Shown here one piece after another: positions 25,405 to 38,943 of a DNA stretch of 64,000 nt (its first letter is position 1; every line of letters begins with the position of its first letter). A program made the position numbers and the translations under genes. Location: positions 16,210,438-16,274,437 of the forward strand of contig NC_068991.1 in the NCBI RefSeq assembly GCF_001194135.2, given 5' to 3'. The notes under the pieces are model-generated. The model ran no database searches and was not told the DNA's origin. It worked only from the letters and a program-made list of their open reading frames with translations. Source of the DNA: Octopus bimaculoides (taxonomy: Eukaryota).

Positions 25405-26285
25405 ATTTAGAACTACAACTTTATGGGATACCTTCCCTTGCTGGCAACAGTGTCTCTATAACTCAATGACCTACTGATGTTCAAACTAGATAGCACCCTC
25501 CCATCAACCTCACCAATGTTCTAGGGTATTTTAAAGCTTGTAGGCATTATTCTCTTTCTATTTTGACTAAGAAATTTACCAAAAAAAAAATTTTTTTTTA
25601 ATTCCGGTTTTTTCTTTCAAAATCTTTTTTAAGAAGATCTGAAAAGAAACAAAATTCTTTTACTTAATTTTATCTAATTTTACCTAATTTTTATCTAATT
25701 AAAATTAAAAGGAAATTATTGAAGGTAATTTAACTGACATTATCCATTAAGAATGTGATACAAGCAAACCCCAAGAATAATTCTTCAGGAGATGCAACAT
25801 CGCTAATAACAAACATTTAAAATGCTAAGTTTGTATATATGCTGAATGAAGAAAAAAATAAAGAAAAGAAATGTAAACAATTTGCGCACTTAAAATAATA
25901 AAACAGAACTTAATGAAATAAGGAAAAAATAAAAATAAAGAAAAAGTAAAGTGAAATTAAAATTAAAAAAATTATTAATATATATAAAATAATATTTTGA
26001 TAAAAAAAATGCATTCTTAAAAGCTTAAAGAAGTAGGTTATCTGAGATAGTTCTTTCAGATATGGCTCATACCCCATTAAGTGGTTTAATTCGTTCTGAT
26101 AAATGTGTGCGTGCACGCATGTGTGTGTGTGTGCGCGCGCGCGCATGCATGTGTGCATGTATGTGTGTGTGCATGAGTGTGTGTGCGCACGCGCGTATAT
26201 ATATATATATATACGTATATATATGTATGCATATTTACATAGTATATATGCATATCTATATAAATATATACGTACATGTGTATGC

Positions 26286-26328
<43 letters not shown>

Positions 26329-26752
26329 TATATATATATATATATACATATATATATACACACACACATAAGAGTATGTGTTGAAAATATATGCAGCTAC
26401 ACACAGTTTTATACAGGTATGCATAAATAACGAATGTACATGTGCATGTCTATATATATGCTTGCATGTGTATGCATAATGAGTCTCTTTGTGTGTGTAT
26501 GCGGAATAGTAATCATGGTCGTAGTATAGTAGTGGTAGTAGTAGCAGTAGCAGCAGCAGCAGCAGCAGCAAATCTTGTGCAAACAAATAAGAAAATATAC
26601 TCAATATAGAACTCGTAGACAGAATGTTGCTTGTGTTTCAAGTGGAAAAATCCAGCATGTCACGTAATGACTATCTCTCAGAGTGGAGTGGCATCTAATT
26701 GATCAGCTGAGAGTCTTAGTTTGAAATACATCTACCTTCCAGACTCTCTCTC

Positions 26753-26806
<54 letters not shown>

Positions 26807-26839
26807 NNNNNNNNNNNNNNNNNNNNNNNNNNNNNNNNN

Positions 26840-26886
<47 letters not shown>

Positions 26887-26945
26887 TTTGTATATGTTGC
26901 ACGTATACATGTATGCATGTATGTATACATGTGTGTGTGTGTGTG

Positions 26946-26982
<37 letters not shown>

Positions 26983-27354
26983 TTGTATATGTGTAAATAT
27001 ATTTATGTATGTACATACACACACACATATTATAAAATATGGTGATGATAGTGAGATATAAGTATATATCACCATCCTCATCATCATTATTGTTTTAATG
27101 TTCACTTTTCTATTCCAGCATCTATCAGACAAAATTTGTTGACGCAGATTTTCTATGGCAGGATGCTCTTCCTATTGCCAATATTCGCTTGTTACCATGC
27201 AAGGTAATATTTCTCCTTAACCAAACATATTATTACTGATGTGAAGCATAAAGAGCTGGAAGAAAGTTACAATTCTGCCAGGTTACCACCTTAACAACAA
27301 CAGCAACAACAATAATTCTTCTGAATTTGGGCTCAGAATTTGTATGGACTAGTG

Positions 27355-27553
27355 CAGGGTTCACCAAACTATGGCCCATGAGCCATATCTGGCCTGCTGC
27401 CGCTCTGTACCTTTTGTGTAAGTACCTGCATTTGCCTCTGGTATGGCATCAGTGTTTGGAACAACTCATGTCTGTGAGCAAACATTTTCAAAAATGAAGC
27501 ATGTGAAGTCAGCACATCGAACGAGATCGACTGATGAAGATTTGAAAGTAATT
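27355..27553 (+). mobile_element. hAT transposon deletion remnant (5' TIR plus C-terminal dimerisation-domain fragment)
   Basis: cagggttcaccaaactatggccc resembles hAT termini; 27431-27553 translates FASGMASVFGTTHVCEQTFSKMKHVKSAHRTRSTDEDLKVI, matching the hAT F-G-(S/T)-T-x-x-C-E-x-x-F-S motif. Confidence 0.75.
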
Positions 27554-27929
27554 AGGAAGGGCATTCAGCTGTAGGAACCATGCCAACACAAACACTGCAG
27601 CATGATGCAGTCTCCCAATTTGTTGGATCCTGTCAAACTGTCCTACTCATGCCAGTATAGACAATAGACATTAAACGATGATGATTCTATTTTGTGTGAG
27701 TATAAAACAGTAATAATGAATATAAATGCATGTGTGTGCACGTGCGCGCATGTGTGTGTGTATTTGTATGCAGGTATGTGTGTAAATAAAAGTATATCTA
27801 CCATGTTTAGGTACATATATATTTATGAACATACACATATCATAAACGTATACATACTTGCATTCATATCATTCATATATACACATATACATATGCATGC
27901 ATATATACACATACATATATGCATATATG

Positions 27930-27970
<41 letters not shown>

Positions 27971-29701
27971 NNNNNNNNNNNNNNNNNNNNNNNNNNNNNN
28001 NNNNNNNNNNNNNNNNNNNNNNNNNNNNNNNNNNNNNNNNNNNNNNNNNNNNNNNNNNNNNNNNNNNNNNNNNNNNNNNNNNNNNNNNNNNNNNNNNNNN
28101 NNNNNNNNNNNNNNNNNNNNNNNNNNNNNNNNNNNNNNNNNNNNNNNNNNNNNNNNNNNNNNNNNNNNNNNNNNNNNNNNNNNNNNNNNNNNNNNNNNNN
28201 NNNNNNNNNNNNNNNNNNNNNNNNNNNNNNNNNNNNNNNNNNNNNNNNNNNNNNNNNNNNNNNNNNNNNNNNNNNNNNATATATATATACTTAAATATAT
28301 ACTTTAGGTGGCAAATATACTATATATATACTTATATATTTATATACATACATACATACATACATATACACACACATATGCACACACACACATTTATATA
28401 GACATGAGTAAACATTTTTTGTTGTCAAAATATTTTTGCATCTTGTCTCATAAGTGATAAGGCATTTCATTGATATTTAAATTTATTAACGCCTAATGCC
28501 TATCTTGTGTGTTTAGTCACTACCATGTGCCCTGTATATGTGTACTTAAGTGTATGTATATGTATGTATGAAAGTATGTAGGTAAATATGTCAGTAAGTT
28601 GGTAGATAGGAAGGCAGATATGAATGTGTGTGTGTTTGTGTGTGAATGTATATTTGTATGTGTGCATGTGTATAAGTTGGTATGTGTGTATGGCTGTATG
28701 AATGAATATATGAATATTTGTCTGCGCAATGCATATTTGTGTATATACGAAATGAATGTATGTATGTACTTCTATGTATAAACGGGTGTACATATGAATG
28801 TACAGACGTATGCAGATCTTTCTTTGAGAATAAGTACTAGGCTTGCAAAGAATAAGTCCTGGGGTTGATTTGTTGACTGAAACAAATAAAAGAATAAAAG
28901 AATATATATGAACTTCACACAGTCCTCTGGCTTGCCAGGTCCTGTCAAACCGTCCAACACATACCAGCATGTAAAACAGACATCAAATGATGATGATTAT
29001 GATAATGATGATATCTACATGGAAACAATGTAATATGTATGTACAGATATTTAGATATGATATACATATAATACTTTGGACTTTGAGATATCAAAGTTTC
29101 ATTTGTTACATTTGTGTGGAGGAAGAGAGATCTTATACATATTTGATTAACATCAACACGGGTTCATTTTTTTTTTTTTTCATAAAAGATGCAAAATACA
29201 ATAAGACAAGCAGAATGACTGAAAAATAAGTGACACACACACACACTTGAATGGCAGTGTAAAGTTATATTGGTTCCACACAATTATCATCTGTGGAAAT
29301 GGAAGATTGATATATCAGCCGTGTGTGTGTGTGTGTGTGTGTGTATGTAAATATTGCTGTCATACACAGTAAAATTAGCATATCACTGTAGGGATAGAAA
29401 ATTATAATTATGGGATGTAGAAATTAGTAGAAATTTGCAGTGTGGTAAGAAACTTGCTTCTCAGCCACATGGTTCTAAGTTCAATCTCACTGCGTAGCAC
29501 CTTAGGCAGGTGTCTTCAACAATAGCTTTGGGCTGACCAAAGCCTTGTGAGTGAGTTTGGTAGATGGAAACTGAAAGAAGCTCATTGTGTGTCCACCCTG
29601 CTGGGTGGATAGTGCTAGGAAGGACATCCAGTTATAAAAACAGCCAAAACAGACACAGGGATCTGGTGCATGCTCCTGCTTAATCAGCTCCTGTCAAACC
29701 G

Positions 29702-30179
29702 CTGCCCTGGGTCAAGAGGGTGGCTGCTGGAAGACCCTATGTCTGGCAACAGGTCTCTGCACTATGCCACACAAGTAAGAGAAACCAGTCGTGGCTCTCA
29801 GACAATTTCTGCGGCCACACCACCTCTAACATCTGGCCACCTAACTCCCCAGACTGCAACTCCCCTTGATTATTATGTGTGGGGTGCAGTTGAGCAAGAG
29901 ACCAACAAAACTCCTTGTAACTCCAAAGATGAACTGAAGGCAAGGATCATGGCGGCATTCACCAACTTAAACAAGGAAACTGTCCAGAAGAGTTGCAACA
30001 GATTCCAAAGTTGTCAGGAGACCATGGTTGAAACCAATGATGACTTCATTGAATAAATTTAATCTTTAGTATTCCAAGATATTTTTATGTAACTTTGGTA
30101 AATATATCTGTTATAATGAGATGTCAGTGTTATTTTCATTTTTGCATAATTTAGATGACAGTTTATTCACCACACCCTG
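29702..30179 (+). mobile_element. Tc1/mariner DD37D (maT-type) transposon 3' remnant, defective
   Basis: WVKRVAAGRPYVWQQ(V)SA.CHTS...WLSDNF...IWPPNSPDCN/PLDYYVWGAVEQETNKTPCNSKDELKARI...FIE*. There are 37 residues between the second and third catalytic positions, the second Asp is mutated to Val, and there is a 1-nt frameshift. Ends ...caccacaccctg|TA. Confidence 0.88.
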
Positions 30180-30964
30180 TACCTCCCTCCCTCCCTACCT
30201 ACCTACCTATCTGTGTATCTATCTGTGTATCTATCTATCTATCTAATTATTTATTTAATATCTTGTGGATGATGGATGTGAATAATATCAACATTCATAT
30301 ATCAATAACACAAGATTACATGTCCTACAACAGTTAATTTGATTAGGCTTTTTTTTAAAAACAAAGTGGAGGACCAATCAAATTAATTCTTGTAATACAT
30401 GTACTCCTATATATTATCTATTTAAGAATATCAATATCATGACAATGCTAAATATCTTGAAATTTCTCTCATACATCATCCCTAGATGGCTGTGATCATG
30501 GACTTCCATTCCAAAGTTTGAAGATTTATGATTTCTAGAGGAAAAGATACAACAGATAGCCTTTTTGTGGTTTATTTACTTACACTTTTCTCTCTGTTAG
30601 TCTCCTGCTCTCCTGAGCTTAAGCCTGAAGTACAGGGCTTATTTACTCTAGGGCAATTATGAGTAGTAATGGTTTTTGTAGTTGATGTCAGGGCATGTCC
30701 GTTCACTCACAGGCCTGTATGATTCTTTGGAGTTCTGTATGATTGCCGGGGACAGTCCAACTTCTTGTGTATTGGTAGCATGAGAAAATGCACCCAGTAC
30801 ATTCTGTGAATGGTTTGGCAATAAGAAGAGTATTCAACCATAATGACCAAACCAGATGATACATACCGGTACCATTCTATGAGAGTTGTCGCAGAGCCCA
30901 ATGAGAAAGAGATGACTCAGACTTTGATTACCTGTTCAACCCACGCCAGCCTCTAAAGCGGACA

Positions 30965-31351
30965 TAAAATAATGTTGACGACAATGATGGGGGTGGTGAC
31001 GATTATGATGATAATGAGGATGATGGTGATGATGATGATGGTGGTGGTGGTAGTGGTGATTATGATAATTAAGATGATGATGATGATGATGGTGGTGATT
31101 ATGAAGATAATGAGGATGATGGTGATGGTGATGATTAAGGTAACAATGAAAACTAGGTGTAGGTGTTGACAGAAATATTGATGACGATGATGGTGACGAT
31201 GATGATGATGATGACGGTGATGATAACGATGATGACGACAATGATGATGACGATGATAATGATGATGATGATGACGATGGTGACAACAATGATGATGCTG
31301 ATGATGATGATGATGATGATGACGATGGTGACGACAATGATGATGCTGATG

Positions 31352-31383
<32 letters not shown>

Positions 31384-31672
31384 GATGATGATGATGGTGA
31401 TGATGACGATTGTGATGATGATGATGACGATGGTGACGACAATGATGATGTTGATGATGATGATGATGATGATGGTGATGATGATGGTGATGATGATGAT
31501 GGTGGTGATGATGATGATGGTGATGATGATGGTGATGACGACGATGATGGTGATGATGATGATGATGACGACAATGATGATGATGATGATGATGACGATG
31601 ATGATGATGATGATGATGTTGACGATGATGATAATGGTGATGATGGTGATAATGATGATGATGATGATGATC
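30965..31672. repeat. (GAT/GGT/GAC)n trinucleotide field
   Basis: Direct inspection; source of the poly-His/Ser/Ile/Met ORFs in the track. Confidence 0.95.
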
Positions 31673-33505
31673 CGCATGAAATAACACAAAGTTTGTCGCG
31701 CTAGGCTTGCATGAAGATTATGTTAAAATGTTAAAAGTACGAGAGCCTGCGGAATATACGGTTCACTCCAGCCAGCCAGTCACACTGGAACTCGATGAGT
31801 AAGGAAGTTGCGTCTTAATAATACAGCAACTGGAAACACACCCATCATGAAAACTAACGGATTAATCTATTTGCATCATTTATTTATTTATTTTTTTCTT
31901 TCTATTTTTACTGTCTGCCTGACATTGTATACGAAGGTGTAGCACCTGGTGACGTCAGCGTCAGCACACATAGTGATGTAAACAAACGGAGGAAAAAAAA
32001 AACACACCAATTTGTGATTCATTTCTTTTATACATTTAGTTTTTTTTTTTTTGTTATTAAATTATTTTTTTGATTCATTTATTGTCGATGTGAGGCAAAT
32101 TTATTTATTGTTATCATTGTTGTTGTTGCAGTTTCTTTTTTGTTAATCTTGCACCCCCCCAACCTGCAGCCCCCCGCCATCACTCCTTAGCAGTGAATCA
32201 CAAAAAACAAAATTATTGTCGTTGTTCTAATTCTCATCATCAAATCACAACTTCGACATTACAATTATCATCATCATCAACATCTCTACCACCACTACCA
32301 CCACCACCACCACCACTACCACCACCACCATCGCCACTACTACCATCATCATCATCATTGTCACTGTCATTGTCATCATCATCATCATCATCATTATTCT
32401 CATCATTATCATCAATATCAGTCACTACCAATATCCCCTTTTTCACACATTTTCTTCTTTCTTCTTACCATCGCGATTACATACCCACACCCATATCCTC
32501 ACACACACTCATACACCTACACCCATATCCTCACACACACACTCATACACCTACACCCATATCCTNNNNNNNNNNTTGTCATCATCATCATCATCATCAT
32601 TATTCTCATCATTATCATCAATGTCAGTCACTACCAATATCCCCTTTTTCAATCATGACCACCACCATCATCGTCAAATCATCAGCATCATCATCATCAC
32701 CGTCGTCGTCATCAATGCTACACAAACTACCCCCTCAACACTGTTGTCGTCATCATTCAATTTTACCAACTCATCATCATCACTGGCGTCATCATTTCCA
32801 CAGCCACCACTAACACCCCTCCCCTCATTGTCGTCATCACTGTCATCATCGTTCTTGCTCATTGTCCTTATCAACTTCCATATCATAATTATAACTGGAG
32901 GCAAAGAGGGAAACTAATAAATGACAGTCAGAAGATCGTGTTTCACCAACAAATCATCTTTCTTATTCAACTATTTATCTGTCAAGCCAATATGGTGAAT
33001 TTGACCTGCTAAAAATAGCAGCTAAATTCCCTCACCTTACACTTTACTATCAGAACATCACATTGAACAATGTGGTATGAGATATGCAAGATGAGATGGT
33101 CACTGGTCAGCTCAACCAGGTGAGGTTGAGCTTAGAGCAATATCTATCCATCTATCTATCTACTTACACGTCAATATATCTACCTTATTCTCTTTATCTA
33201 CCTACCTGTCTACTTTGTACAGACCTACATTCTCAGTCTATCTAATTAATTCAATAATAGTATGAATTCTTTTATAAGAATTCATCAAGTAGCTAGCATG
33301 AAAAAACCCTCATAAGGGAAAAATCCATCACTTATTCCCCAAAATATATTTATTTATATAAGGGCATTTCTATACATGACTGCCTCACGCTAAGAGGAAC
33401 TCTAAGGTCAAACTACCATAATAAACACATTTTTTATAAAATAAATAAATATCTAGCTATCTATCCATCTATCTATCTATTTATCCATCTATCCATCCAT
33501 CTATC

Positions 33506-33536
<31 letters not shown>

Positions 33537-33566
33537 CCATCTATCTATCTATTTATCCATCCATCC

Positions 33567-33605
<39 letters not shown>

Positions 33606-33949
33606 AATCATCTGCCTGCTTACATACACAACTTCATATCTACTTATTATTATACTTTTGCCCTGAGTTGGTTCCAAGACCTATGATCAAAGTCATTCCA
33701 ACAGTGACGATCACATTTTTCCCCCCTTTCTATACACAATGTATCATAAAAAAACATTAATCTCTGTGTTCTTACTTTTATAAGGATAACGAGATGTGCT
33801 TTGAGAAGATGTTTAACTATTATTTCCAGCAAGATGGATGGGCTTATAGTTTCTCTCCTCATTGCCTCAACTGTTACTGTGTTGTTGGTATCACTTTTGG
33901 CATAGTGGCTGTGGTTGCTGTAGCAGTTGCTTTCTTGTGGTGATTGTTG

Positions 33950-34890
33950 TTATTGTGCTAATATCTGTGTTGTTGCTGAGGTGGTAGTATCTGTGCCATT
34001 ATTGTTGTGGTATGTGTAGTTGCTGTGATCAATGTACTTTTGTTGTTGTGGTGATGGTATGTAGTGGTGATATCTGTTCTAGTGACGTTTTGATGGTAGT
34101 GATGGTAACTGTTGTTGGAGTGGTAGAGGTGGTGATATCTGCGTTGTTGTGGTAGTGGTAATTGTGATATCTGTGCTGGTGTTGTAGTGGAGATATCTGT
34201 GCTGTTGTGGTGGTAATTGTGATATCTGTGCTGTTGATGTGCTAGTAGTGGTGATATCCATGTGGTGGTGTAGTGATATCTGTGTTGTTGTGGTGGGGGT
34301 GGTAGTAGTGATATCAATGTGGTGTAGTGGTATCTGTGGTAATATTTGTGTTGTGGTGGCAGCAGTATTGATATCTGTGCTGTTGTGGTAGTGGTGGTGA
34401 TATCTGTTGTAGTGGTAGTGGTGATACTGTATTGTTGCAGTGGTAGTATTAATATTTGTGTTGTTGTGGTGTTGGTAGTGGTGATGTGTTGTTGTTGTGG
34501 TAGTGGTGATACCTGTGTTGTTATTGTGGTGGTAGCGGAGATATGTCATTGTGGTGGTGGTAGTGGTGATATCTGTGTTGTTGTGGTGGTGGTAGTAGTG
34601 ATATTTGTGTTGTTGTGGTGGAGGTAGTGGTGGTATGTGTTGTGGTGGTGGTGGTATTGGTGATATCTGTGTTGTTGTTGTGGTGGTAGTGGTGGTGGTA
34701 TCTGTGTTGTTGTGGTGGTGGTAGTGGTGATATCTATCGCTGTGGTGGTAGTAGTGGTGATATCTGTGTTATTGAGGTGGTGGTAGAGGTGATATCTGTG
34801 CCATTGTGGTGGTGGTAGTGGTGATATCTGTGCTGTGGTGGTGGTGGTGATGATGACATTTGTGACTAGTGGTGATATCTGTTATGACAT
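33950..34890. repeat. Degenerate minisatellite: (GTG/GTT)n spacers punctuated by a gtgatatctgtg core
   Basis: GATATC recurs roughly every 25-40 bp across about 900 bp. Confidence 0.85.
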
Positions 34891-36019
34891 GCGCTGTACT
34901 ATAACAATATAGTACTCTATCAATCAATAATTTCCAAACTTTTTTTAATTAATAATTTAAAAACGTTTCTTTATATTATTGTCTATTAAAATTTTTTTAA
35001 AAACAGCCATCATAAAGACACCCTTGAAACCCTACCGGCAAATTTCGGTCTTTTGTTATGGACCCCGCACCACCATAACTTTCATTTCCTGTATAAAAAC
35101 GAGACATTGTTATAATTTGTCATTATATTGTTTTCAAAACATCAGCGAAATTGTTAATAACCGTGGTTGTTATGGCATTGCTTCCGTTAGTTGAGGTAGT
35201 AAGTGATAATTAGTGATATCTGAGCTTGTTATTATGGTGATATCATAAAGTGTGAGTGTGTGTGTGTTTGTGCGTAAAGGTGGTGGGAAGGCGGATATAT
35301 TGAAAAATGAATAAATAAATAAATAAATAAATGACTCACGAAATTAACCAATGAAATGGCTAGAAATCATATTGAGACGATAGGAGGAGGAGAAAGCGAC
35401 AGGACACATAGATACACACACATACACGTGTGTGTTAGTTATATAGTATTTATATGCTGCGCGTGCATTCCTTTTATTTATTTATCTCTCGTGCTAGGAC
35501 AGCAGGTACTGCTATTAATTTATCCGGAGGATTACCACTGGATTTAGCAAGCTTTTTTATTAATATACTGTCGCTACTACAATTACTTATTATCTCCACC
35601 ACTCTTATTATTATTGCTGAATGTGCGGGAAGGAAGGTGGTGGGACTTGACCTATCTTGTGTACATATATATATTTGTATATCAACACTTGAACTTACTA
35701 GATTTGTGAAAATAACGTAGAAAGTTTGTTGTCAAGAAAAACGAAAGAAAAGCTCTTATTTCCGTGTTGTTTTGTATCACGAACTAAACTAAAACAAATC
35801 TGATTTCTTTTTATGATATTGTTGTTATTGTGGAGAGAGAAATTTTATCTTATTTTTCTGTAATATAAATTCGTTCACATGGATTACTTTTATTGTTGAA
35901 ATCAGATTTTTGAAATTCAATAACCACCACCTGACTAAAAGGAAAAAGTCAACATTGAAAATTACCTGATAATTGTAAGTAGAAAACACACTCCACTAAA
36001 CAATTTGATGAATTCTGTG

Positions 36020-36065
<46 letters not shown>

Positions 36066-36149
36066 GTGTGTGTGTATATATAAAATAAACGTTTAATCTA
36101 CAAACTATATATTTTGTTTTGCTTATTACTTTTCGGGAAATAAAAGTTC

Positions 36150-36434
36150 AGTTCCCGAAGGAACAAAATATATTTTGTTGATTATGGATTAAATGTTTAT
36201 TCACTTTCAGACTTGCCTTTGAGTTCTTTTCTAAGTAACCAGAAATAGCTTCTTTGAAGTTGTCACCTTCTGTTATATGTGTTTGAGTATATATAATATA
36301 TATATATGTTCTTTAGTTCCCGAAGGAACAAAGTATATTTTGTCGATTATGGATTAAATGTTTATTCACTTTTAGACTTCTTTTCTAAGTAACCAGAAAT
36401 AGTTTCTTTGAAGTTGTCACCTTCTGTAATATGT
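36150..36434. repeat. Tandem duplication, start-to-start 165 bp
   Basis: agttcccgaaggaacaaa...gaagttgtcaccttctg at 36150 and 36315; copy 2 lacks an 11-bp segment. Confidence 0.9.
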
Positions 36435-37427
36435 ATGTGTATACACACACATGTATATATTATATACTTGGAGACATGTATAGGCTAAAAAGTTTGATAT
36501 ACACTTAGAAAGAAAAAAAAAGACATTGATTTCTCATCACGAAGAGAAAAAGGCTGTTTTATTTTTAAGAATTATTGGCGGAGTTGTTATTTTTCTGCTT
36601 TAATATTATATTTTGTTTTAATTTGCGCGGTTCTGTTCCTTCCCTTACAAAAACATCTCCTTCACTGATGAACTGTTTTTCTAAACGTATTATATGAAGT
36701 TCAGTCCCAAATTGTTCAACCGCAAACGTCATTTTTTTTCCTTTTACGTTTTATTTAATTCTTAAATTACCTGAACAGAACACACACACGTGTGTGTGTG
36801 TGTCTGTGGTCCTTAAACTACGGGGAAGTCGGTAATACTTGGAACAAGCTATAACGCAAGGCGACATCTCCACAAATGTTATTGATGTTTGTCGAAACTG
36901 TATTGATTTCTGCTTTTGATAACTTCGGGCGAAGGTAAAGAATACGCACACTCAATGTTTAGGAGTACAGGGTTAGAGTTGCGCTGAAAACGGTTGGTGT
37001 GCGTATTCTTTACCTTCGCCAAACTTCGATATATATATGTATATACATGTATGTATGAATAGTTAAACACGTCGTGTTAATAAAAGATAAACTTCGATAG
37101 TTTTCAGCCGATATTATAGGCCCAAACATCAATATATAATAGCTTTTAAACTTCTTAACTACTATTATTAGCAGATTTAGCGAAGCACATGTAAATTTGT
37201 GTTTGCAAGCTACTTTTAGTTAATGCATACATACGTGTGTGTGTAATAAAGATGGCATGAGACAAAACAGTTTGCAGTACTGTCAATTAGTCTATAATCA
37301 TTTTCGTTTTCATTAGTGTTATTGAACTTTTCAATCTATTCCCCTCACATAGTTAACTGCTTTTGCAATAATTAATTAGTTCTGTGTGTGTGTGTGTCAC
37401 TGTGTTTCGTATATGTATCTATACTAT

Positions 37428-37460
<33 letters not shown>

Positions 37461-37600
37461 GCTGCTGCAAACAAGCTTGGGAAGGCTGCCTTTGTGACAT
37501 TAAGTAGCATAGTTCAACGCTTGCTCGACGTAAACAAATGTTGTCTCTAGGGATGTTGTTAGTGGCGGGGTTTTCTTCATGTTTTTGTTATATGTACCAC

Positions 37601-37936
37601 ATACACACTGAGATGGAAAATGTTCATCACTTTTTCTGTCCGTGTGTGTGTGTGTGTCTGTCTGGGACTTTTTTTCTGTCACCTAACAGTATTCTCATGT
37701 CTGTTGGGATTTTTACGAAAATATATTAAAGAAGAGAGAGTGAGAGAAAGAAAAATTAGTATTATATACACACTGAGATGAAAAATGTTCATCACTATTT
37801 GAGTGTGTGTTTTTCAGTCTGGGACTTTTTTTTTGTCACCCAACAATATTCTCATGCCTTTGTTGGGATTTTGGGAAAATATAATATCAAGGCAGAGAGA
37901 GTGAGAGAAAGAAATAAAAATGAAAAATTAGTGAGT
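37601..37936. repeat. Tandem duplication, start-to-start 165 bp
   Basis: atacacactgagatg...gagagagtgagagaaag at 37601 and 37766. Confidence 0.88.
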
Positions 37937-38775
37937 GACGTCTGGTAAAATGTTGTTAGTGTTTTTCCTGTGAGAAATATTGCGAAGAAAATAGAATATC
38001 GTGAACGACTGCGCACACACACGCTCACTCTCTCACACACATGTGCGTATATTTCTTTTGTTTCAGTAATTGTACAGCGGCCATACTGGGGCACCTTCTT
38101 GAAGCGTTTTGTTCAGTTTCCTTCCATCAAATCCACAAGCAAGGGTACCATGCTGTGGGACTGAACCCGAAATCATGCGGTTGGGAAGCAAGCTTGTTAT
38201 CACTTAACTACTGGTTTACAGACTTATAAATCTGTTTAGGATTATTCTTTATATCTTCAAAACAGACTTATAAACCAATAAACTCGTTAAAGTATATTCA
38301 TGCTGTGGAATCCGCTTATTACAACCACGGACAACCGTATCAAATTGTTATCGTTATCTTAAAGTGATTACATTAAGCAGCATTCGCTGTTTAACTCCAC
38401 TTCTCTAATTTCCTCAGTACTTTTTTTAGTTTGTGAATGTTCTTGTTCTTGACATACAGACGTGTGTATAGACATATATATGCGTGTGTGTGTGTGTATA
38501 GGCTTACATGCAGTTGGGTGTTACAAACAGAAGAATAAAGTTGATGATTTGCTTCACTCTGTCCAAGTTCAATTTCGATCAGTCTTTTTCTTATCTTTTT
38601 TGTCGCACATGGCGAGTGACTCTAAGCTGAGACTGAGTGAAACCCTCTGTTTTGAAAAAAAAAACAAAAAAACTAATATATACGCCGTATGTAAACAAAA
38701 AAGTGGCACTATCATGCTATTAGCTGTCAGAAGTGAAAGTGCTCACTGTTTTTCGAAGCGCTGAAATGTTTAGTA

Positions 38776-38943
38776 GAACAAGTAGAAAGATAAATTTTAT
38801 TCAACGTATAGATACTGAACAGTATAGATATAAAGGATAAAATCCTTTTTTTTGTTTTTAAAAGCAGAAAAAAGGATTTTATCCTTTATATCTATACTGT
38901 TCAGTATCTATGCGTTGAATAAAATTTATCTTTCTACTTGTTC
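38776..38943. repeat. Near-perfect 168-bp palindrome (possible MITE)
   Basis: 38776-38851 is the reverse complement of 38868-38943 with one mismatch; the centre ttgtttttaaaagcag is itself nearly self-complementary. Confidence 0.92.

Noticed and set aside
30707-30901. Minus-strand ORFs, including a signal-peptide-like MYHLVWSLWLNTLL...CIFSCY frame ending at a GTGAGT donor
   Set aside because: The plus strand aligns by eye to decayed SINE family C (cattctgtgaatggtttggcaataagaagagtattcaacc resembles cactctcggagtggttggcgttaggaagggcatccagc), and no downstream exon keeps the frame.
30936-31689. Long poly-His, poly-Ser, poly-Ile and poly-Met ORFs
   Set aside because: Translations of a (GAT)n microsatellite; no splice context or unique sequence.
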